From Flectonema sp. DT1601 (taxonomy: Eukaryota): a DNA stretch of 64,000 nucleotides. Each line of letters begins with the position of its first letter. The first letter of the stretch is position 1. A program made the position numbers and the translations under genes. Below, in pieces: positions 11,903-22,039 of this stretch. The DNA is taken from contig OZ025803.1 in NCBI GenBank assembly GCA_964019425.1, positions 310,001 to 374,000 on the forward strand. Direction: 5' to 3'. The notes beneath the pieces were generated by a model, which was given only the letters and a program-made list of their open reading frames with translations, did not search any database and was not told the DNA's origin.

Positions 11903-12673
11903 TCAACACTTTACATTTAACAGACCGTCAAAGAGAGCTCTATTATTTTGAGGCAGCTGAACAGTTTTCAGGGCGCTGCATTTATCGAGGAAGCGCTCAC
12001 CAATTTTCATCACATCACTAAGACCGGAAAGGTCAAGAGAAGTGATTTGTGAACACAAACACAAGAAGTCATCTCCAATACTGGTGACACTAAGACCTGA
12101 AAGGTCAATAGAAGTGATTTCTGAACAATTAAACAAGAAATCATTTCCAATACTGGTGACACTACCAAGACTTGAAAGGTCAATAGAAGTGATTTTTGAA
12201 CAATGACACAAGAAATCATCTCCAATAGCAGTAACCTGTGAGATGACCGCGCTATTGCAATTTGAATGGCGGAAGGATATCCGTTTGGCATCTGAAGGAA
12301 GCAACCCCTCGTCAATAGTGAGGCAACCATCCACCGAGAATGTGGGAGTGTCCAGACATAAATCCTCCGTAACGTTGTCTCTGATCCAAAGAAGCAGCTT
12401 CTCCCTTTTTCTATCATCAACAAACCAACATTTACCGAAGATCCGAACCAGCTTCTCCCATATTTCCAACTCGCTGTTTGCACCCACTCCATGATCTGCT
12501 TGCCGATCACTGTCGCAAAGGGAATCACCAGCGAACGACAGTTCAACTTCCTCCAGATCGACATCCCACTCACCAGCCGCTGCCGTCAACACGTCGCTCA
12601 CAACAGAATCAGCACCAACTGTGACTGACACCGCAGGGAATCCTAAATCAGGACACGTCACGAAAACTTGCAT
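11903..12673 (-). CDS. Ubiquitin-like domain plus BspA/LRR_5-type leucine-rich repeat protein
   Basis: N-terminal Ubl-fold pattern (MQVFV...LSFAG..L...DHGV...SELEI). C-terminal 24-25 aa repeats TSIGxDFLxxCSxITSIDLSxL are also visible as 72-75 bp DNA repeats. Intronless, intact ORF. Confidence 0.8.
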   Translation of the reverse strand: MQVFVTCPDLGFPAVSVTVGADSVVSDVLTAAAGEWDVDLEEVELSFAGDSLCDSDRQADHGVGANSELEIWEKLVRIFGKCWFVDDRKREKLLLWIRDNVTEDLCLDTPTFSVDGCLTIDEGLLPSDAKRISFRHSNCNSAVISQVTAIGDDFLCHCSKITSIDLSSLGSVTSIGNDFLFNCSEITSIDLSGLSVTSIGDDFLCLCSQITSLDLSGLSDVMKIGERFLDKCSALKTVQLPQNNRALFDGLLNVKC

Positions 12674-13129
12674 TGTTGTTATTTTTGCGTCTTATTTTTT
12701 AGTAATCTACTGAAAGAAAAAAGATTTATTAATCTTGCTGAAGTGTTCCAAACCGCGGCAACAATCGTAAAGTATAAGGAAAAACTGAAAAGCATCATTC
12801 CTGAACAGTGCAACATATTCTGCGGTTGTAATTTCCTATAAAATACTATTACGGCTCTACTCTGTTTGTTAACACTTCCTTTGAATAGCTACGGATAAGA
12901 ACTAACAAAAGCAACAATAACAACCAAAGCCTTGTTATGAGGAACTGTTACGGAAACATATGCACGTGGCCACTAATTATGGTTTTTGTGACCCCCCCTT
13001 CTAACTTTAAACAATATAAAAAGAACATCAATCAATCCCCAAAATAATAATAGTATATTGATCCAAATGAAAAAGTATTAAAAATTAGTAGTACACTACA
13101 TAGCGGAGCACTCACCTTAAATAAATTAA

Positions 13130-13524
13130 CCCTTACACCACGGAGCTGATATATCAGTCTGAAAAAAAAGTTTTTTGCTAAGTGAAAATGTCGCATTTCT
13201 GAGTACAACGATTTCACGGGAGAGGTATTATTGCGATGTCTTTTATGTTTCACTTGCCTTATGTATTTACCCTACAAGCAACATGGGCCTACAAGTTCCT
13301 GGAACGAAGGGCTGGATACCGTCTTGGAACCACTGTGAAAGTAGCACCTGAAGCAGAACTCCTATCAGCTCGGTCAAGGTAACTGGGGCAAATGTCCGGA
13401 GAAAGGAACATAAAAGACATTGCAATAATACCTCTCCCGTGAAATCGTTGTACTCAGAAATGCGACATTTTCACTTAGCAAATTTTTTTTTTTTTTCAGA
13501 CTGATATATCAGCTCTGGTGTAAG
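13130..13524. mobile_element. Foldback/MITE made of two inverted copies of the left end of the 8181 element
   Basis: TTAA at 13126-13129 and 13525-13528. 13130-13249 matches 8181-~8304, and 13403-13524 is its reverse complement with the terminal GG lost. The ~150-bp spacer is unrelated. Confidence 0.85.
13281..13382 (+). pseudogene. Possible pogo/Tc5 (CENP-B HTH) transposase fragment
   Basis: Translates TWAYKFLERRAGYRLGTTVK, similar to the W-x-x-x-F-x-x-R...R-x-x-T pattern of Tc5/CENP-B HTH domains. Confidence 0.3.
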
Positions 13525-13540
13525 TTAAACAAACCATTGA

Positions 13541-13800
13541 TTACTGACCAATCGTATGGCCTAGTATCGGGAAAAAGCGTTCAGATAGAACATTTGCATG
13601 GTATCCAAGTATGATAACCCCTGGCAAGTAACAAAGTAGGCCGTGTGTCGGAAGCGACAAAATAAGTGGAGTCTTTTTGCATGAGATCATACTTAGGAAG
13701 AAAAAAACTAACTCCCAGTACATTTTGACAATAGCTGTGTGGTCTGCCCATCCACGTGCATATTCGTGGGAGTAATATATCATGTTTTCTTTATCATCGG
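13541..13800 (-). pseudogene. Possible DDE_1 transposase remnant
   Basis: YSHEYARGWADH...YWELVF...KKTPLIL weakly resembles the GW(M)D...W..VF...LLI(L)D region of pogo-type DDE domains. Confidence 0.2.
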
Positions 13801-13902
13801 TGTTGCTCAGGACTGGGTGGCAAATTACCTAAATGAAATGGCAAATTGTCAACTCCTCCTTGGTGGTCTTCGATTCTGCCAAGTGAAATGAGGTGTCCTT
13901 CA

Positions 13903-13956
13903 CCCACATGGCAAGAACTTCATCATAGCCCAACCATACAGGTTGTTTGCATCAAT
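13903..13956 (-). pseudogene. 54-nt fragment of a Polinton/Maverick-type protein-primed DNA polymerase B (motif A)
   Basis: Translates IDANNLYGWAMMKFLPCG, matching the Polinton/adintovirus-type motif (Y)xDANNLYGWAMSQxLPxG. The frame is closed by TGA immediately downstream and by a stop about 10 codons upstream. Confidence 0.75.
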
Positions 13957-14349
13957 CCTTGCTTTTTCCTTCCTCTCATTAAGTTCTTACATTCTGGCTT
14001 CAAACAGAAACGGTACTGGCTGGGATACGATACAGCTTAATCGGGGGGTAGAGTTGTGTGGAGAGTTTCGTGTTGCAATCGGCGCGGAATTAGTAGGGGT
14101 TTTCCCTTCTAACTTGTCTGCATACACATCTCTTTTTCCGTGTTGTCATCTTCCTTTTTTTCTTTTTGCTATGCACAAAAACACTCTCTGAGTAGGGTAA
14201 AATGAAACTAATATGTCAATTCTGAGCTACTGTGAACAAAAAAATGTCACTCCCAAAAGCTTCACTTGAGTCCCATTCTGCATATCTTCTTGGATACCTG
14301 TAAATAAAGCAGACTTAAAGCACATAAATAAGTATCACTCAAATAGTAA

Positions 14350-14643
14350 ACAGCGGGGACTGATCGGAAACACCGGGTCTTCCTTCAGCCAAAACGACAA
14401 GAAATAATCGGGAGAGGAAAGTTCAAACTCGTGAGACTCGCGAGCAAGCGCTGGGTTCGTAACGTCATCTGGTATTACCAGTTTGAGAGCGGGGACACAA
14501 CACACTATGTGATCAAAGACGTGGATCTACCAACCGCTTGCAACATGATTTTCGCTGTCTCCAAAGTAAGCAGGGAAAGTACGTCTCGCAGGGTCTCGCT
14601 GTTGCACACGCGAGCTGATTCCTATGTCCATTCGGCGGACTGA
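14350..14643 (+). pseudogene. Collapsed RT remnant of a probable YR-retroelement
   Basis: One frame carries, in order, RKHRVFLQP, WYYQFE, LPTAC and DSYVH. These resemble RT motifs R-x-I-x-x-P, (D..)YYQF, LPxG and YVD with shortened spacing. Confidence 0.35.
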
Positions 14644-15222
14644 TTATTGCAAGGTAAGTATAAATAATTCGATGCATCAGAACACGAGAGGTTCCGTTGC
14701 GGGTGGGAATACGATAAGGGCGAGTCGCAAGTTCCTTGGAGAAGCAGGTCTCAACCTTCAAGCTAATAATGTCGAAGTTGATATATGTATCCTTAGCGCT
14801 TCTCAGAACCAACTGAAAAGATAAAAAATAATTTTAGAGAGGGATAAATAAAAGTTCAGCAAAACCGAAATCTCCAAGCCTACGCCGAGGCCTTTATAAG
14901 CTGTTATTGCAGATACAAATATTTGTAAAAAAGACAGCGGCCTAAGTATCTGCCGGCAACACGCACCTGGACTACTTTGAGTTTAATTGGTTAAAGAAGA
15001 CAGACAAGATTACTACTGGGTAGACAAATCCGTGCTCAAGAATACACGACTGGGCATCGTGCCTTTGCTAAGACATAAAGACAAAGAAGGGAATAAGAAC
15101 TGAGGGACAGGACTAACTGAGTAGAAATATTGGGATGAGCGGAGAAAAACAGAGCAAGAGTGAGAGCTCGCATTGTGGAATTAGGGAAAGAAAAGAAACC
15201 GAAGTTTCACTTCGCCAGCAAA

Positions 15223-18200
15223 CTAAACAGCAAATTCATCTAAACTACGAATGGCGAATGAAGTATTACTCGCAGAACTAACAGCCACCGGGTAAGTGTC
15301 AGCAGGGTTCGGGGACTCGTCGGAGGGATCAACATACATACTCGTAAGAACAAAAGATGGTCTTTTCTCCCTGAATCCTGAATATTTCTTGCGGGGGCCT
15401 CCCGCAGAACTCTTTTTGGCCATCCTACGTTCACCTAGGTCAAGGAACGGGGGAGGCTTACGTCTGGGTAGCTCACTCTTTGGAGTGAGACCGTCTGTTC
15501 CGGAAGAGAAAAGAATGTCTGATTGAAGTTCAGAGATGTAACTTCCCTTTGAAAGGATCATGCTCTTTTTTTCATCATCATCTGATCCACTTTCAGATAG
15601 CACGCTAGCCATGCGAACGGACCGCATTGACTCGCTGAGGTCATTCTGCTTTGGACGTCGTCGTGTAAGTGGAGGCAAATTCTGCTCCCCCCAATTACTT
15701 CCAGAATTATATTTCCTATTTGAGAGCGCACCAAACATCGACTTTGATCCCTCTGGTCTCACAACGGACGCTTTTCGATGTCTTGTCGTAGACGGTAGTG
15801 AAAAGGTATTTGAAATTGAAGGCGTAGAATCTTTTGAGTGACATTGTGACTGCGTGAATCGTCTGGAGAGCAGAGAACAAGAGAGCTCATCGATTGAATA
15901 TTCAGTGCCAGAGGTTATTCGAGGAAACTGCTCCAGAGGAGAATCCCTGCCCCCAGACTTCAGGGCGTCGTCTTCTATTTGATTACTTGATCTCCTACGA
16001 TATCTCTTTTCAGGGTTCAGGTTCACTTTAGGGCTGGCATTGGAAGCAATATCACCATCGTAATGTAACTCATCCTCGCCCAGTACTTTCGCTATTGCGC
16101 TTCTGAGATTCCTTCGATCTTCCGAATGATCTAAAGAAGATTGAGTTCTAAATGAGTCATCTTTGTTGCTGTTGTTCTGAACGTCGTCCTCATTGGTTTG
16201 GACTAACATCACTTCATTATGTGAACTAATCGAGTACTTCGAGTCTGTGGAATATTTACGCTCCCGTAATGTTAAAACAGCACCTGACAACGGCGGATTG
16301 TAAGTAGGTAGCAATTCTGCCCCGTCATTGGTATCTTGATGTCGCATTCCCCAGGCATACCTCTGTAAACGTGCTCGTCGTCCAGTAAACAGTATGTAAA
16401 CTTCTGTTATCAAGTCTAGAGATATCTTTATGAGGAGGAAGGCGATCACGGTGAAAAATAGAATATCAGCAACGAGAAAGCCATGGTTTGAAGGGTCTCC
16501 AGAAAAAAACCCGACAGCTAGACAATACGAGGCTAGAGATTGCAGCAGCAATATGGCACAATTGACGTAGTTGTCCCGAGTTCTGCAATGCGGCCACGCT
16601 ATAACAGCATAAACAAAGAGCATAGTATTAACCAGTCCAGCCAGTAACCGTACGGTTCCGCAAGCCGCGGCAGTGCTCGTTCTTGCTGTCATAGAACTAG
16701 CCAGTAGCAGCATTCCTCCGAAGTCAACGACAACAAACCCAACACGTGACTCCCTGTAAGGTCTCAACACTGAATACCACCTCTCTACCCAAATTAATTC
16801 TTCACAGCAACTCACCCATTCTCCTTCTCCGATAAGAAATGTTAGAATCGGCCGCTCGTCATGTAGTGGATCTCGAAGGTACACAGCATGCCGTGGCACA
16901 CCTTTCCGCAAACGGACAGCAATAACTAAAGGAATACCAATACACACTGCAGTGCTCAAAACACCCAACACAAGTGACCAAACCTGAGATGGATACACTA
17001 ATAGATGTAATGATGAGAATACAGTTCCCTGGTACAGTATAAAGAATATCAGAATAGGTGCAGCTGGAGTTCGCACGAGCCCAAACTTATCACGAGTGCG
17101 CGTTTTTAAAAAGGCATCAAACAGTTTCGATGCAACGAATGCCGCTACAAAAAACAGCAGGGCGGTTGCTGAGACGAGTATCAAATTTCCAACTACCGTC
17201 CCAATGTACTTTGACCCGGCTACTGTCAGCTGCAGGGGGGACAATATCCACGGTAGCTCTCGATCTGAACCATCACAGCTATTGCCCACCATTAATGCTA
17301 ACATTGACGCTTGTGCTGCCGCGCCGCTGCTCACAATAGTCCCAACAGCAGCCGCGGCATTCACATCGTTATCAACCTCTTTAAGAATGCTTTGAGAGCC
17401 AAGTGGTGCTTCAGTACTTGGCACCGTTGTCGGTACTTCTGCTTGGGTGGCTACCATGGGCGACAAGGTCGGGGATTCTGGTGGAGTTACATCTGTATCA
17501 GGTACTGCTGTCGGAAGAGGTGTTGAAACTGTTGGTGCAACAGTTTGTAAAGGTGGTACGCTCGTTGGTGCACTAGTAGGGGCAGTAGTCGGTATTGCCG
17601 TCGGCACATTAGTCGGTGCTGTTGGAATAGCAGTCGGCACTGTTGTCGGGGCAGCAGTTGGAGCAGCGGTTGGCATCGTTGTAGGTACAGTCGTTGGGAC
17701 AGCTGTTAGTAATGCTGTTGGCACTGTTGTGGGTACAGTCGTTGGAACAGCCGTTGGAACTGTTGTGGGTACACTCGTTGGGGCAGCTGTTGGTAATGCT
17801 GTTGGCACTGTAGTAGGCACACCTGTTGGAACAGCCGTCGGTACTATTGTAGGCACAATCGTTGGCACAGTTGTCGGTACCATTGTAGGTACGCCCGTTG
17901 GGGCTGCAGTCGGTACCATTGTGGGTACACTCGTTGGGACAGTCGTTGGCACAGCTGTCGGTACCACTGTGGGTACACTCGTGGGAACAGCTGTCGGTAC
18001 CATTGTAGGTACGCTCGTTGGGGCTGCTGTCGGTACCATTGTGGGTACACTCGTTGGCACAGTCGTTGGCACTGCTGTCGGTACCACTGTGGGTACACTC
18101 GTGGGAACACTTGTTGGAACAGCTGTCGGCACCATTGTAGGTACGCTCGTTGGGGCAGCTGTCGGTATTGCCGTTGGCGCAGCTGTGTTACATATCTGGC

Positions 18201-18495
18201 AAACACATGGAATTACAGTACTGCACTGGACGTTAGCTATGTTCGAATTAACATACACCGCAGCATTCTGATTTATGATATAATAACATCCAGAAGGATA
18301 CCGAGCGTCATCCTCATTCGTCGCATTTTTCGGAGAAAGTGCCAAAGCTGCTACTGCTTCATCACATCTTTGAGTTGTTGTTATCAATAGATGTCCGCTT
18401 CCTTCGCAGGTAGAGGTCGTGATCGAAATAAACGTGCAGCTCTCCACCACTGACAACAACACAAACCACACAGCGATAGTTATCCCGACTGACAT
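15223..18495 (-). CDS. Signal peptide + Cys-rich domain + Pro/Thr mucin stalk + multi-pass membrane domain + long Ser-rich cytoplasmic tail
   Basis: ATG at 18495 (MSVGITIAVWFVLLSVVES) follows a CCCCTCAG acceptor. About 50 PT(A/S/T)(V/A) tetrapeptides, several hydrophobic helices and an intact intronless ORF. Confidence 0.85.
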   Translation of the reverse strand: MSVGITIAVWFVLLSVVESCTFISITTSTCEGSGHLLITTTQRCDEAVAALALSPKNATNEDDARYPSGCYYIINQNAAVYVNSNIANVQCSTVIPCVCQICNTAAPTAIPTAAPTSVPTMVPTAVPTSVPTSVPTVVPTAVPTTVPTSVPTMVPTAAPTSVPTMVPTAVPTSVPTVVPTAVPTTVPTSVPTMVPTAAPTGVPTMVPTTVPTIVPTIVPTAVPTGVPTTVPTALPTAAPTSVPTTVPTAVPTTVPTTVPTALLTAVPTTVPTTMPTAAPTAAPTTVPTAIPTAPTNVPTAIPTTAPTSAPTSVPPLQTVAPTVSTPLPTAVPDTDVTPPESPTLSPMVATQAEVPTTVPSTEAPLGSQSILKEVDNDVNAAAAVGTIVSSGAAAQASMLALMVGNSCDGSDRELPWILSPLQLTVAGSKYIGTVVGNLILVSATALLFFVAAFVASKLFDAFLKTRTRDKFGLVRTPAAPILIFFILYQGTVFSSLHLLVYPSQVWSLVLGVLSTAVCIGIPLVIAVRLRKGVPRHAVYLRDPLHDERPILTFLIGEGEWVSCCEELIWVERWYSVLRPYRESRVGFVVVDFGGMLLLASSMTARTSTAAACGTVRLLAGLVNTMLFVYAVIAWPHCRTRDNYVNCAILLLQSLASYCLAVGFFSGDPSNHGFLVADILFFTVIAFLLIKISLDLITEVYILFTGRRARLQRYAWGMRHQDTNDGAELLPTYNPPLSGAVLTLRERKYSTDSKYSISSHNEVMLVQTNEDDVQNNSNKDDSFRTQSSLDHSEDRRNLRSAIAKVLGEDELHYDGDIASNASPKVNLNPEKRYRRRSSNQIEDDALKSGGRDSPLEQFPRITSGTEYSIDELSCSLLSRRFTQSQCHSKDSTPSISNTFSLPSTTRHRKASVVRPEGSKSMFGALSNRKYNSGSNWGEQNLPPLTRRRPKQNDLSESMRSVRMASVLSESGSDDDEKKSMILSKGSYISELQSDILFSSGTDGLTPKSELPRRKPPPFLDLGERRMAKKSSAGGPRKKYSGFREKRPSFVLTSMYVDPSDESPNPADTYPVAVSSASNTSFAIRSLDEFAV
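17520..18185 (-). repeat. 12-bp coding minisatellite encoding PTxV/PTxA mucin repeats
   Basis: Degenerate 12-nt units with higher-order repeats such as PTSVPTMVPTAVPTSVPTVVPTAVPTTV. Confidence 0.9.
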
Positions 18496-18595
18496 CTCTG
18501 CCGAACGAAACTGAGGGGAATAAATAATAATAAATACCACTAACGAAAGCCAAGTAATGCAATATGGTTGGGAAGTAAACTACAAAAAAAAACAA

Positions 18596-20914
18596 CTAAA
18601 CGTTAGGTGAATCATCATCAACTATAATCCGCGCACTGGGTGGTATTGACACGTCGTCCTTGCGTATGATACGACTCCCTGTTGGCCCGACGTTTTTGAG
18701 TATACTTCGAAGTCGCGATGAGATGTTGCTGAGATCATCCATTAAGTCTGCCTCTGAACGCTGTCCGTAGGACAACCGCTGGCATTCGGAAAAATGAGTC
18801 CCCTGCGAATCCGAACTGATGTCAGAGTAATTGTCTTCGTTTGTTACAATCCTTCGGGATCTCCGTGATCTGGAAACAGCAGGCACACGAACACAGAGAG
18901 AATCAGACCGCTATTTGTTTGTTATGTAAATTGCTGCTCATCCTGAGATTTCAAAAAGTAAACAAAACAGAAACAACATACACTACGGACACTGGACACC
19001 CTTCTCCTGATTTTTAAGTGTTCCTGAACGGTATCACCTTCTAAGAATGCCTTGAAGTCATTCAATTGAGGTTTCCTTTTTAAAACCTTCATCTTCTGCT
19101 TCATATTTTCAGGAAGAGATCCTATCCGCCTGTGGACCCCACACTCGATGTGCCACTTGAGGGAAGGAAACGTTTCACAAATAGTAATAAAGTCACTCGC
19201 CTCCAACACCAGCAGCTCGCAGAGAGTTGCCGAACTGACTGTTGCTGCACGCTGATTACCAGGAATTAATAAACACATTTCACCAAAGAATGATCCTTTC
19301 GATAAAATTGCGATGTGTCGATTCTCAATTGTAACGCCTGCAAAACCATGTGACAAGAAATACATTGCATTTCCCTCCTCACCCTCAACTACGATTGGCA
19401 TATCACGATCGACGATACGATTCTGAAGACACTCTGCGAGAGCAATCTGATTTTCTTTTTGTTGACTTAATATGTCGGATGGCTCGAATTGATTTAGAAA
19501 AAATACATACTTTACATCGCATGTTTGATTGGCTGAAGATAGGCAACCTATTCAGGGCCTCAACTTTAATATAAATACACATCGACTCCTGAACGACAGG
19601 AGGAAGGAGGTTGACTACTTCAACTACGGAGCGAAGACGGATCTTCTGAGACAAAAGATGCTGTTGAAGGGTGAGAATATCATCAGTTATTGCACCAGGA
19701 ACGTGGTAGTGTTGGATCACCTGGGCAGTTCTGCTCATAAGCTGGCGATGCTCTCCTGCCGTGTCAAGCACCATGAAGCTGGCTATTTTCCCAACAAGTA
19801 TTCCATTCCACAGGATTGCAGCTACAAAGCCACAGTTTGCTAAGAGACGAGACTTGACACCACGTACTTCAATGTCACCATAACCTACACTACTCAGGGT
19901 GTACAGAGTCCAATACAAACTAACTTCGTATCGTTCAAAAGTGAAACCGTCGCAGTGAATTTCATGGCAATTAATCATTTCTCGAGTGCAGGCTATAAAG
20001 TGAATACCAAAGGCTGCCCAAAGGGAGAACCGCAATAGGGGAAACCAGCCAAAAGCAGATCGAACTGTTTCACGAGAAATCATGTGCGCCCCTTCAAGGC
20101 TATAAAAACTATTCAGTTTTAATAGGTGACTAATTCTAATACAATAACCTAATTTGGTAATCGAAGACGACAACCACAAGTAGCTTATGATGTCTAAAGG
20201 AGTAGCCGACAATAATGCTACAAAAATATCTTTCTTCCCTTGTCGGACATTCATAACGACGTCATCAGAAGATGTGTACTGTCGATACTTCTTTTGGAAG
20301 TCATACGCAGCGACTAACGTTAATGCAGCTTCCCACCCAATAAAATAACTTTGATAAGAACCATATAAACTATCAGCAGGGAGATGGAGTGGTGAGACTA
20401 TAAAATAATATAAAATACATAACCATGTGCTAATTCGGTACAAGGTTTGGAGAGAAAAATTTGATCCCTGTTCTGCAATGACCAGGTGGCGGAATGCTTC
20501 GGTGTCTTTTCCACGAAACCCTTCAGAAGTGATATATTCAAGCTTGATTAAGGTTTCTTGCCAGATATCATCATCAACATTTCCTTTTATATATTCCATT
20601 AGTGATATGAATTCCTCACAACATATTGTGCTCGAGTCGTCAGCATCAACAAGATGAAATAGTTTGTCCATTACTGAAGTCGAAAAGGTCAAATCGAGTA
20701 GTCGCATTGTAGCTACAAACTCACTCTTAGTAAAAATGATATCACTCGAAGTTAAGAAAGTTATCAGTTTCTGGCAATCAGTCTTCTCCCCATCAGTAAG
20801 TCGTATGGGTTCCTCCACACGAGAACTATCAGCAACAGATACGAACGTAGCACGTCTCACGCTCCTCTTCTGTCGATTTGCTTCACTAACTATTGCTGTA
20901 AACTCATCAGACAT
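18596..20914 (-). CDS. Cyclic-nucleotide-binding K+ channel with N-terminal EF-hand; exons 20914-19511, 19446-18982, 18910-18596
   Basis: EF-hand loop DADDSSTICCEEF, pore TLSSVGYGDI and CNBD (FFGEMCLL...RAATV). Two GTATGT...AG introns (19447-19510, 18911-18981) join three listed ORFs in frame. Confidence 0.85.
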
Positions 20915-21268
20915 TTTAAAGTTCTATTTCAGTCTTTACCATGGTTGTGTAAATGTTATATCCGTGGCTGTAGAGAAAAATCTATCAATCGTTAGTCGCT
21001 GGCAATACTCCTATATCCAACCTGCAAAGGGAGTGAAAACTGAACAAACACAATCCATTATCTCAAAGAAAATAATCTTTGCTACTTTCGTGCGTGTTAA
21101 AACAGATAAAGTTATCCAACTTCAGAAAATATTACTTCACACGCGGACCTTAATTAAGTGTAAATTACATAGTTTGCTTACATAAGCTTCATTCAGACAA
21201 AAACATAAACTAATTAATAAAAATATATGAGAGGAAACAAGTCGATTATTCGAGAAGCAGTTCTGGGG

Positions 21269-22008
21269 TCAGACTTTTGAGTATTTCGTATTTAAGACTT
21301 TTGGGCACATCGTTGAGTTTGAGAAGGGTCCCCAACTCCCTCCATTTACTTTTGGATTACCTGACGGATCAACTTTCTGAACTTGTGTACTAATATCTGG
21401 AATTGCATACTTTTGTTGTGAGATTGCGAACTTTTTAAGGAATTTGAGAAGAGTGTTATTTGATGCCAAGTTTACGGACTCAGTCGGGTCTGAAATAACA
21501 TCAAAGACCCAGTACTCAATCTTATCCTTAACAACAGGTTCCGGTGGCGAGATTGGGAGAACATTAAAACCCGGATGGACAAATTGCTCGGTTCTTTCAC
21601 AATTCTCTCCTGCTGTTAGTAATTTGTACCGATCGACTACTACTGTGACGGCGCTAAATCCCGTCGGTGGGATGGTTACTGCGAGTGACTCTCTTGGGGG
21701 TTTAGATATTCCTCGTAAGGCATTCCATTGATCAACTCCATCTAACCTTTTACAGTTTTTAGTACTCTCTCCCAACATTCCTCTAACTAAAGTTGGTAAC
21801 CAGTCTGTCACATGCATCAATTTATTGAATTTAATACCCCTCGGTAGCTGACCCAATCCTGATGTAGTTCCTCGTATGAATCCAGGTGATCGAATCCCTC
21901 CTTCCCAGTTCGTTCGCTTTTGCCCTCTGAATGGATAGTTTGATGACTGCGGGATATCTCCGCCATTATCAGACATAAAAATAATAATCGAATTGTCTAA
22001 CATTTCTG

Positions 22009-22039
<31 letters not shown>

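Noticed and set aside
17447..18271. 274-aa + strand ORF of VGT repeats
   Set aside because: It is the antisense shadow of the PT mucin repeat.
18886..19510. Apparent frameshifts between channel ORFs (programmed frameshifting or RNA editing)
   Set aside because: Fully explained by canonical GT-AG introns, as are the other split ORFs in the window.
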